64,000 nucleotides of DNA from Corallochytrium limacisporum Hawaii (taxonomy: Eukaryota > Protista > Pluriformea), in contig PDIP01000073.1 in the NCBI GenBank assembly GCA_002811645.1, positions 167,524 through 231,523 of the forward strand. Direction: 5' to 3'. Positions within the stretch are counted from its first letter, which is position 1. The number at the start of each line of letters is the position of its first letter. The notes beneath the pieces were generated by a model, which saw only the letters and a program-made list of their open reading frames with translations, did no database searches and was not told where the DNA came from. Positions 1 to 9,922 of the stretch are shown here, in pieces. Both the position numbers and the translations under genes were made by a program.

Positions 1-821
1 TATTCTTTGCTGTCCTGATGGAACTTGTGCTCGACGGTCACCTTGAGTATGGAATTTCTAGGGTTATGGTTGACGAAGCTAAGGCCAGAGCTCGGGAGAA
101 CGAGGAAAAGATGCAGCTACAGGATGAATACGGTATGATGAGCAGAGATAGCGCAGCCAGTCAATCAACTAGGGGCAGTCTGGACACACAAGGAACTGTA
201 TCTGAAGCCACAGATTGCGGATATACTCCGAAGGCAGTTGCCGAGCCATCTCTTCTGCAGTACCGCATCCGTGCCCTCCATAAGATCCCCACTGGTGTAG
301 AGATCCTGGACGAGGCCGTAAATCACGTCGCGCGCCTCAAGAACCCTCACACGTTTGCTGGATGGGTGGACCATTTCTCCACTCGCGGTGATGGTATTGG
401 GGTCCGTATCCGTGATCCTCATTACAAGACTGCCAGGTCTCTGCGCGAGAAACATATAATTACTCGCTACCAACGCACTATCACTAGGTCTCGTATCGAG
501 TATGACGAGAGTGTCCGCGAATCTCTGGTTCAACAGATGTCCCTTCTGGTGCACGCTCCTGAGAAGATAGACTGTGCTGGTGATGATCGCATTCGCCTGG
601 AGTTCTTGCTTTGCATTGCCAAGTACAATGACTTGTTGTATGTCGAACTGACTGGCAACGACAAGAAGGGTAAGGCTGCTTTTGATGCTAGTGTTGACAA
701 TCTGGTTCAGAAACACGAGCTATGCCGCATCATGAACCACAGCTTGGAATATCTCAAGTTTACTCGCAAGAGTGAGCGGTTCTTGCCTGGGGCAGGACTG
801 ATCCGAGAGTTTGCATGGTAA
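1..821 (+). CDS. Divergent GOLPH3/Vps74 (GPP34 family) protein, 5'-truncated by the window edge
   Basis: The frame is open from the window edge (FFAVLMELVLDGHL, like GOLPH3 'GCMLIELALRGRL'). PTGVEILDEAVNHVARLKNPHTFAGWVDHFS resembles GOLPH3 '[31 protein letters not shown]'. ARSLREKHII resembles 'AKNLVEKGVL', and DDRIRLEFLLCIAKYNDLL resembles 'DRRLLALIYLAHASDVL'. Confidence 0.7.
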   Translation, partial: FFAVLMELVLDGHLEYGISRVMVDEAKARARENEEKMQLQDEYGMMSRDSAASQSTRGSLDTQGTVSEATDCGYTPKAVAEPSLLQYRIRALHKIPTGVEILDEAVNHVARLKNPHTFAGWVDHFSTRGDGIGVRIRDPHYKTARSLREKHIITRYQRTITRSRIEYDESVRESLVQQMSLLVHAPEKIDCAGDDRIRLEFLLCIAKYNDLLYVELTGNDKKGKAAFDASVDNLVQKHELCRIMNHSLEYLKFTRKSERFLPGAGLIREFAW

Positions 822-1073
822 CAACATCGCAATTGGCATCAAAAGTTTTAATCCTTTGTGATTTTCGTGTGATGATATATCGTTCACGCACCGCAATGGC
901 ATGGGGAGATTTCTGCTGGCAAGAATAGTTACCCATGCAACAACTACACATTTTCATCTTTCCAACCTTAGTGTACATTATCTTGCCACAATTCTACGAA
1001 TACAGCATAACATACACTCATGAGCACCGGAAACCTTTGTTACGAGTTATGAACGAAAGCTAGTTGACTTTAA

Positions 1074-4000
1074 TTATGCCATGGAGATTCCTGCTGGGCC
1101 ATAGATATCGTCCGCCTCGACACTGCCCTTGACGCAACTGTTGTGCTTGCCATTTGAAAACGTCGGCGGGTTCGTGACAATGGCCTCTCCCGGCTTGGAA
1201 ATGGAAGTTCCATATTCATCCTCCTCATCTGCGCGATCGGGGAACATAGAGACCAACCACTGCTCCCTCGCATATTCTGTGGGCAGTGGTTTGATGCGAA
1301 TTCTCAGATACCTGATGGTGAAGTTGGGAAGGATACAGATGACAATGCAACAAAACAACGAGAACCAGAAGGAGGCCAGGGAGGCAGTCTCAGCGAACAC
1401 ACCGGCAGCCTCTGGGGCCAGACTGGGCAGTGCAGAGTAGACTGGAGCAAACACGTAAATGGCAATCACGGACAGGAAGATGCCCAAGGAAGTGATCCAG
1501 TTCCATGTGTATATCATGGAAGCATTCTGAAGATTCACTACAGTGGTGGTGATCGCACCATAAACAAATCCAATTGAAGCTACCCCAATATCAGACTCGT
1601 AGAATGCTCCAAAGGTTATGAAATAGATGACTGCACCCTGATAAATGCCATCGACCAGCGACAGCAAGAAGATACGATTGTTGTAGAACGCGTCCACCTG
1701 TCCTCCACGGTACAATTCAGGGTAGGCAATAAGGGTTTCACGCTGGACGTGTTGCTCGAAGATGCCCATAAATAGAGGAGGCAAGGCAGTGAGCACAGAA
1801 TTGTAAATAAGGATCCAGAGCTGATCGACGTTATACTGACCACTAAAACCATTGAAAAATTGGTAGTAAAACAGAACAAAGACCAAGACGACATTCTTGT
1901 AGAAGAAGAAAGACAGCATGCGTGCCAAGCGAGCATACGCCCAGGCACCATTGACCAGCAACAGTCCCTGTAGGTGTCGGAACTTGGCTATAGCAAAATC
2001 ACTTGCCATGACCGCCTGCATACCTTCCTTACCACTGACACCAATACCAATGTGAGCACCCATAATCATACTCACATCGTTTGCACCATCACCAATCGCC
2101 AGAGTCATGCGGCCGAAGCGGCTCTTCACCAGCTTCACCACTGCTGCCTTTTGCAGAGGGGTCACACGGCAGCAGATACACACTTTGATCATCGAGATAA
2201 GATGCAGGAAGTCCTTCTCGCAGGTATTGTGGAGGCAGTGAGCCAAAGTAGACCCCTCGATTATCAGGGCCAGATCTGCTTCTGTCTCCAGCATAACCTG
2301 TTTATCTCGTTCCTCCTCATCCTGAATGCTGGCATACTTTCTGACGTGTCCACGGATGATGTCTCTGGCGGCGTCGGCACTATTAGCCTGCAAAACGATG
2401 CGTTGCGTATTTGGTAGAAGAAGTTTGCAGGAGACACCAATATTCACAGCAGTTTCGAGTTTGTCTCCAGTCAACATCCACACTCGCATTCCCGCCTGCT
2501 GCAACTTGAAGATGGTCTCCGGTACACCGTCCTGCAGTCTGTCCTCCACAGCAGTGGATCCGAAGAGTACAAAGTTTTTCTCGATCATTTCAGTTTGGGT
2601 CTGGAGGAGATGCTCCTTAAGCGACTTGTCGCCTTCGATGTTTGCCTGTAGATAATCCTCACTCCATTTTTCAAACCATTCTTCATCCAAGTCATTGCCG
2701 GCAACACCGAGAGTGCGCAGACCTTCCCGTGCGTAGTCGTCTAAATAGTTTTGAGTCTGCTCCTTGATGTTCTCTTCGGTCTTGTCAACCAATTCCAGCA
2801 TCACACTGTCCGCACCCTTGCTGTAGATTCTGATCTTACCTTCAGGGGTACGAATGATGGCAGAGCTACGCTTGCGGTCACTGTTGAAAGCAATGGTATC
2901 CTCTACGCTGTATGTACGTGCCTCACCATTAATGAAAATAGTCACACTGTCACTGTCCCTGGCCTGCAATACATAGCCAAAGTCGTTGCATCGCTCGACC
3001 AGTGCTACCTCATCCGGGCTCTCGCCTTCGTAGTTGTAGGGTGTCGCAGGATTTCTTGACGGCAGCACAGTAGAATTCAAAACGAGGCCCAAAATAAAGT
3101 GGTGCATCATACAATCTGGATCATTGCGATCGATTTCAGCGTCCAATTCCACGACGCTCTTGTTGAACAGTGGCCATCCTAACCTCTCCTTCTGGGACGC
3201 ATCCAAATGGAATTTGCTGCTGCGCACTGAGAACTGGCGCCAAATCATTTCGTTCTCAGTGAGTGTGCCAGTTTTGTCACTGAAGACGAACTCAATCTGA
3301 CCCAAATCTTCGTTCAGGTTGAATGCACGCGGTTGACAATGCTTGCCACTTTCGTCATCGTACATCGAGCGATCAAAGCGGATGAAGAACAACTGTCCAA
3401 GCTTGATCAGTTCCATTGTAATGTACAACGAGATGGGAACCATTACGTTGTAAAGAATGATGAACTGGAAGAAAGATACGAACGCGCTCAGATCCTCATT
3501 GTCAATACCATCTTCAAAGGCAAAATACGGGAGATCGCTAAGATCTCGACGAGAGAGAAAGATCTTGTGTCCAATGGCGCTGATAGCACACATAATCGAT
3601 AGTAAGAACAGCTGAAAGAGAACATGAGAGTTCATCATTTTTTCCAGCTTACTGCGCTTAGGCTTTGGTGGCGATGTGTTCAGTACCACCTTGGTGTCAT
3701 GTCCCGTATAAAGCACCACTCCGTACGCTTGAGGACAATTCCGCAGAACACAGCCACGTAAGAGGAGGTTTCCGCTGTCGATTGAGTATACCTCCTCCTG
3801 CCATTCAACAAAACCACTGAATTCGTAAATGCGCACATTAGGCGGTTCGCAGTTGACCACAAGGCTATCCACAACTTTGTCTGGTCCTTCCGTCTCGATT
3901 TCATTCTGCAAAACTGGCAACGCACGGCGTTGCTTAAGATTGGTCTCTCCATCTATGTTGGCAGTCTCTAGGAAGGCAAGACCATTCTCCACCTCGGAAT

Positions 4001-4568
4001 GGAGCATCAGAATATCCGCAGGGATAATTTCCCCGTCCTCAAGCTTTACAATGTCCCCGACTTGCACCTGGCGCCACTCCACAACATGCCAGTCTGTACC
4101 GTTCCAGACCTGCGCCGGGCGAGCATTTACTTCCCTATCTGACCGCCAGCGTTGTAGGTCTTCCCGTGCGTCCTTTAAGGCAGTCACTGTGAGGACGAAA
4201 ATTAAAGGAAATGCTGCCAGTCCGGATCCGAACGTAGATAATTGAGGAATGTAGTTCAGAACAATGAGAATCAAGAAGTAGATGTTCGCAATTCTATGGA
4301 ACTGGTAGTACAGATTCTTTGGCAGAAAGGTCAAGAATGTGTACTGTGTTGAGGAGATGGAGTTATCGCAGAAAGGCATGTGATGGTGATGATCCCTGTG
4401 GGGGAAGAATGTTCTAAAATGTGTCGCCTCATTGATGCTTGCCCCAGTCTTCTGGCGCTTTAGCCTCCTCTTTGCCTTGCTCAACTCATTTTTACCATAC
4501 CGGAAGCGAGCAGAACGCCTTGACCCCGTGGATCTCTGGCTCTGCTCATCTTGGATATCGAGAGCCAT
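1074..4568 (-). CDS. P4-type ATPase phospholipid flippase (ATP10/Dnf-like), single exon
   Basis: 1164 aa with DGETNLK actuator motif, PISL in TM4, DKTGTLT phosphorylation site, TGDK, GDGANDV and EGMQAVMASDFAI. PISLYITMELIKLGQ is ATP10-like. Confidence 0.97.
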   Translation of the reverse strand: MALDIQDEQSQRSTGSRRSARFRYGKNELSKAKRRLKRQKTGASINEATHFRTFFPHRDHHHHMPFCDNSISSTQYTFLTFLPKNLYYQFHRIANIYFLILIVLNYIPQLSTFGSGLAAFPLIFVLTVTALKDAREDLQRWRSDREVNARPAQVWNGTDWHVVEWRQVQVGDIVKLEDGEIIPADILMLHSEVENGLAFLETANIDGETNLKQRRALPVLQNEIETEGPDKVVDSLVVNCEPPNVRIYEFSGFVEWQEEVYSIDSGNLLLRGCVLRNCPQAYGVVLYTGHDTKVVLNTSPPKPKRSKLEKMMNSHVLFQLFLLSIMCAISAIGHKIFLSRRDLSDLPYFAFEDGIDNEDLSAFVSFFQFIILYNVMVPISLYITMELIKLGQLFFIRFDRSMYDDESGKHCQPRAFNLNEDLGQIEFVFSDKTGTLTENEMIWRQFSVRSSKFHLDASQKERLGWPLFNKSVVELDAEIDRNDPDCMMHHFILGLVLNSTVLPSRNPATPYNYEGESPDEVALVERCNDFGYVLQARDSDSVTIFINGEARTYSVEDTIAFNSDRKRSSAIIRTPEGKIRIYSKGADSVMLELVDKTEENIKEQTQNYLDDYAREGLRTLGVAGNDLDEEWFEKWSEDYLQANIEGDKSLKEHLLQTQTEMIEKNFVLFGSTAVEDRLQDGVPETIFKLQQAGMRVWMLTGDKLETAVNIGVSCKLLLPNTQRIVLQANSADAARDIIRGHVRKYASIQDEEERDKQVMLETEADLALIIEGSTLAHCLHNTCEKDFLHLISMIKVCICCRVTPLQKAAVVKLVKSRFGRMTLAIGDGANDVSMIMGAHIGIGVSGKEGMQAVMASDFAIAKFRHLQGLLLVNGAWAYARLARMLSFFFYKNVVLVFVLFYYQFFNGFSGQYNVDQLWILIYNSVLTALPPLFMGIFEQHVQRETLIAYPELYRGGQVDAFYNNRIFLLSLVDGIYQGAVIYFITFGAFYESDIGVASIGFVYGAITTTVVNLQNASMIYTWNWITSLGIFLSVIAIYVFAPVYSALPSLAPEAAGVFAETASLASFWFSLFCCIVICILPNFTIRYLRIRIKPLPTEYAREQWLVSMFPDRADEEDEYGTSISKPGEAIVTNPPTFSNGKHNSCVKGSVEADDIYGPAGISMA

Positions 4569-6621
4569 TGTGCAAACAATAGTTTGTCTGCTTGGGGAAA
4601 GCGTGCAAAAGTGTTCGCACCCTAACGGTCACAATCCGTTGACCTAGGTCTACTGCTTCTCTAACTTATGCATTCAATTTCATATATTCTCGTTCAAAAT
4701 TTTATGCCGTCGAATGCGAAAATGTATATGATTCCGATAAAACTATGTATGTCACCGATGCCCATGGAATATAATGTACACTGATACAAGCAATGCCGTC
4801 ATAAAAGAACGGAGAAACCTGTACTCCCTGTCATACCTTACCACCGCAGCAGGCCTTCATTGGATTCTTGACCAGCATGGCAGAGAAAGGTGCCATGTGT
4901 ATTTACTTTACATTCTGACTTCTCCTCTACCCAAACCAACGCATACGGAGAAAAGCGTATGAAGCAGATGACACCATCACTCGCCTGTCCTCACTTTCCA
5001 CTCACCCGTTTCTGAATTCTGATCTTCAAACGTCGTGCGCTCGCTTTGCCCTTCCGACCGTAGAGAACGGACGCACCCTTTGCGGGAGGGGAGTGGGCAT
5101 TGCCTTTTGCCACCAGGACAAACCCTGGCCATATATTTACCACTGCACACAATGACAGAGCTCTGAGGCAGCGATGTGCATCGGATATGTGATGAGGTGA
5201 GTTATCAACTCAAGAATAATCGGACACTGCACCCTTAAACGGCAAGGGAAAAACTCATCGGTAGACGGGGACTCACCTCCTCCTTCGTTTAATCCCCAAA
5301 CCGTGGACGTGTTACAGAATCTTTTGTGGCGACCGTAGCTTTCTTTGGCCTGCTTATGGCTCTCCACTCCGTCGGCTCCGCCCCACCGGTCCCATTTGTC
5401 CGTTTTCTGAATTTTTTCTATGTGTGGGAGAGATGAGAGACGACATAAAGAATACCCGAAAAAGAAACATTACTGGGAAGATAAATGAAGAAAAAAAAAG
5501 GGGTGAAAAGAAGCAAAAAAAACCCGCATTACTAAGTACTAAGTTTCGGGGTCTCAAGACGACACCGAGACGGTTGACAATTGAAGTGGTGGTGCAGCCG
5601 TCAACTTTTTCCCGTACACTTTCATCGGAAATCCGAAGGAAGCGGGGAGATAAGCGCATTGTGTCCCCTAGAGCTCGTAGAGAACCCCCCTCAATCGGCA
5701 AGCGGAAGGCTGGTGTACTGTTGGCGGTACTGAATATAAGGACAGCGTTTGGCAGTAGACTCGTATCTAAGTATCTTTCTGAGTTAGTCCGTCGACAGTG
5801 GTGAGGGGGAAAGCGGCAAGTGGGAGGCTCCTCGGATTCTACAACTTTGCATTGACAGATGGGCAGCAGTTATCAGTTGTGTAGTTGGAACCCATCGATA
5901 GATATCGTACGTAGCACTATGTGTATCCGTCACAAGACATTCTGTGCACTGGGATGATGCTCTTGCATGTTTAAATGATGGTGTCCTCTGCTGCCCCGTA
6001 ACCACAGAGAGGCCGGGCCCTTGCCGTAAAATGCGGTAGAGGGCGCCCGTTCGGTGGGGTGCATTGCAGCAGTAGGAAGAAAGGAAGAGCAGGTCCTGCC
6101 TCATTCTAAACCGGTAGCATAGATATGGAGGACGGGAGTTCGGAATTGGATGTTTTAACCAAGGGAACCCATAGGTCCGGGCCGCCCTCTCCCGCGGGAG
6201 TGGAAGGGACGGGGGAAGACTAGCTGAAGAAAAAAATTGAGACCGATGGTTCCACCACATCCTCGCCGCCTCCGCGATGGGTGCACCACCTAACACTTGG
6301 GGTCTCACTACCCGCTCAGTAACCAAGACAGTTCCGTGTGTGTCTGAGAGTGATGCGGCCAGCGGGGAGAAGGGTTTCAAAAAGAGGAGATCTTACTCCG
6401 GTTCTGTCCTGCGCTGTCCCTTTCTGCTCCCATACCACCACCACCCCCCTTCGTTTCTGCCTTCCGCGGCGGCGCGGGAGGGGAAGCTAAAGAAAGCGGC
6501 AATCGTGACGAAGCGTCAGAAGTCTCCTCCGGCGCAGCGTTGGGATTTGGAAGAGAATTTTTTCCCCCACTTTCTTCACTATTGCCGCATCGGCACCAGT
6601 TGCTCCGCAGAAGAGGGCGGG

Positions 6622-6689
6622 NNNNNNNNNNNNNNNNNNNNNNNNNNNNNNNNNNNNNNNNNNNNNNNNNNNNNNNNNNNNNNNNNNNN
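6622..6689. other. Assembly gap (N run)
   Basis: Run of N flanked by G-rich sequence. Confidence 1.
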
Positions 6690-9451
6690 GGGGGCAACTG
6701 CCGTATACTGTCTGATGCGTTCACCGGACGGGTGGCGTTGCCCGCGACGTTTTGTCCCCTTCGGTGGGTCAGCTGTCCACTTTCGCATGTTTCAAATCAT
6801 CACCTGGGTTGTTCCCCATATATAATGTATTGACCATAGCGCATCTCTCGTGGCTGACGATGATTTGGACGCGATTCGTGTTTACTTACCTGCCGATGTA
6901 CCTGGCAACTCATAGCAGTGAAACATTTCTGCACCGGTAACACTTGCCGGCTAAAGCAGTATGCCGGGCAACTGAATGTTTCTGGTCTGTGTACACATGA
7001 ATGTGTATGAAATGCAAACAGATGGGCCAACGCTTTCAGCTTTTATCATACTTAAATGGTCAGCGAAGTTTCCCAAATGAGCGAAAGTGACCGAGGAAGG
7101 GCAAAGGGCCTAATAAAGAGATCAGAAGAGACCCATTTTCTTGGGTACCGTTCAAGAGCAACTGACAGCTAGGTCAAATTTGGCTGACAGGGTGCAATAC
7201 ATTTAGTACTGAGCACACATACAATTCGGCTGATTTCTTTCCAATTTCCTTAGGAACTACTGAAGCGGCAACATGACCTGCTCCCCAGGATCAACGCTCT
7301 GCCCCTTGCACGCTGGTAGGGCTTATGTAATTGCTACGACGTAGGCAACAGAATTCATCGGGGGGAGGGAAGCGGGTGATCGGGGACTCTGAATTTTCCC
7401 TTGGTAGTGTTTCGTTTGCCTCTGTAGTTTTCTGTGGTCCGATTGAAATACTGGATGACTGGGGGATCTGTGAGGATAGACAACCGACGATTATTTTCTG
7501 ACCAACTTGTCCGGACGCTCTCAGGGTCGTTCGTTCCAGGGAGAGTCAGCCCAAAAGGAACTCGTTCTTCAACCCCCACACTCATTCCTTATGCATGAAG
7601 ATAGGAACATTCACCATTCGGGGCCTCATATGCAGAAACCTGTTTCCTGGTGATCCTGTAGACTGGGGTTCGCTCAGCAATCTGGGCAGTCCCTCGGTAT
7701 TAGCTGCCCCACTGGTGTCCGCTGGATCGGGAGAAGTGCTTGAAACATTCCGGTATCTACCTGCCTCAAGCGAAACTTTCCTCCGCACGCCACAGATACA
7801 CCCCGCTCGACAACCGGTTAACTTCTCCCACACCTGATGAACCGTGGTCGGGATCATTACCGATTGAACCAGCAACCAACTATTCATTAATACGCCCGGG
7901 TTGCATCACAGAACTGAGAGGAGAATACAATGTCAGTTTGGTTCACGAAAACGCACAAAACGTCCACTGTGCGTAAGCACAGTTTTGCCACACAACAGTT
8001 TTCTCAGAAAAGTAGCACGCAGTGGCCGGTAAGAAGGGGCTCCTGTTGGATCCTGCATTTTGCCAGTCGGGTGTGTGTGATCGCCCGGCAAATAAACCCC
8101 CAACTGGTAGCGCACCCACAAATTGTTATACAGCAGTTGTAATAGTTCGATAAAAACGTCAGCCACATATGCTCTATGCAGCAGCATTGTCGGCCGCGGT
8201 GCTACCTGTGCAATTGGTGGCGGTGCGTGAGCGAAGTCTGCAATTCCGGTTCGCTGGCGTTGGGAGGGTCTGACACCGGTGAGTGTGCGTGTCTGTCTCA
8301 CAGAGACGAACAAAAGCATCACTGAAAACACCGTCGGTGTGAGAATGCGTGCCTTGCACTATGACCTCCGTGCGCAATTGAGCTTTGCATGCCACCGACC
8401 GCTTGACCATCCGCGGTAAACGGTGTCTGAGGTGTACGGTGTGCATGCGCATTTGGTCTCTGTCCCGGTTTACGTCAGTGCCGAACGTTTAATCTCTCTT
8501 CATCCCCCACATCTCAAATCAACGTCACTGGGGCGAAAGAAATAGAAACGCGACTAACAGCAACTAAGGCGTTAGTGCCCACGCCTGAAAATGGGCAAAT
8601 AAACCTGAAAAGAAGTGTTAGCGTAATATTGAAACCGTTGACATACATTGGCAAGGAGTTTGAAGTAGGTGGTACCCTTACACTGGATACTCAACACAAC
8701 CTCCATGGTTTCACGTCCCAGGAAACAACACTCTAGCAGGGCAGCTAGGAAAGGCTCATCTGATCGCGATGTGTGAATGAGGCCAAGAACCGGTGGCTAT
8801 CGGTTTGTCTCGAGCACTCATTTGACAGATCCTATTCCAAAGGCGAGCGAGATATGCAGCAAATGCATGGGTTTCGATCTCTTCGTTCGGGGTCCCCATT
8901 GCCTAGGACGGAAGATCTTCATAGTTGCCCGGCATCGCCCCATCCGAGCAAACACGGGATGGATGCTCCACGATGTTTCAGGCAATCTAATGTCATCCGG
9001 GGTATATCCCTAAATATTCCGTACGGATTCATATTGTCAATTAGTAGGAGGCTGTGACTTGGCAGTCCCTTGGCACCGGCCGATAGGGAAGGTACGCCAG
9101 TAGAACGCGGCGGAGAAAGTTGTGGGGTGGGGGTGGGGGAACCGGTTTCGCGCTTGTATCTACGGATATTCGCTCGCGGCAGCCACTTCTCAGATTGTAC
9201 GTGCCCAGAGGCTTTCACCAGAGACCCAGAGATGGCGGTTGGGGGTCGGGATCTCTCTCGGCTGCGTTTGTTTGGCTTTTTTGGGGGCCTACGAAGCTGA
9301 CGTGGCGGGTCCAACAGCCGCGACAGAAGGTTTACTCAAGGTTTGTGTGGGTAGATCAAGGATGACGCGTAAGAGCAAGACTCCACAGCAATACGCGCCG
9401 AACCAGATGAGAAAGAACCACCTTCATCAATAGTGTTGTATCACCGATTCC

Positions 9452-9886
9452 ATGAGCAACAGGAACCAGAGCAACATGCCCCGGCCAGGTGCCGGCGGTG
9501 GATTTGGCGGAATGTCCAACAGGCAGCAGCAAATGGCTCAGAAGCTCATTCTGAGTCTCATCGTTGATGGCATTGGTGCTGCGTCATACATTCTCCCGGG
9601 TTTGGGGGAAGGTGCAGACGTGGCCTGGGCTCCCATCTCGGCCATGATTGTGCAGCAAATGTACGGCAGTTATAGCCTTTCGGCATTGAACTTCTTCGAG
9701 GAGCTTCTGCCTTTCACCGGTAAGTATCCTTCGTGTAAAGTATATGTGAGAAATGGTGACGACGGGGAATGATTGACTAACGGATAGTATGTGTGTATCG
9801 TATTGCAATATATAGATTTTGTTCCAACCGCGACCATCGGATGGCTGCTGGAAATGAACGGTCAACTCAAACCCAACACTTCATAA
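9452..9886 (+). CDS. Small two-exon membrane protein, 112 aa (exons 9452-9719 and 9816-9886), DxxWAPIS...EELLPFTDFVPTAT family
   Basis: Intron 9720-9815 has a GTAAGT donor, GACTAAC branch point (9775-9781) and TATAG acceptor. Splicing restores FFEELLPFTDFVPTATIGW, a motif I recall from a hypothetical membrane protein family common in Bacteroidota. Confidence 0.8.
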
Positions 9887-9922
9887 TGCTAGGGAAAGAT
9901 GACGAACTAGGGATCAGGAGGC

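Noticed and set aside
4570-9450. Many short ORFs in the 4.9-kb region between the flippase and the small membrane gene
   Set aside because: No recognisable domains and no consistent frame or splice signals. No transposase or RT motifs or terminal repeats were seen. A lncRNA or divergent gene cannot be excluded.
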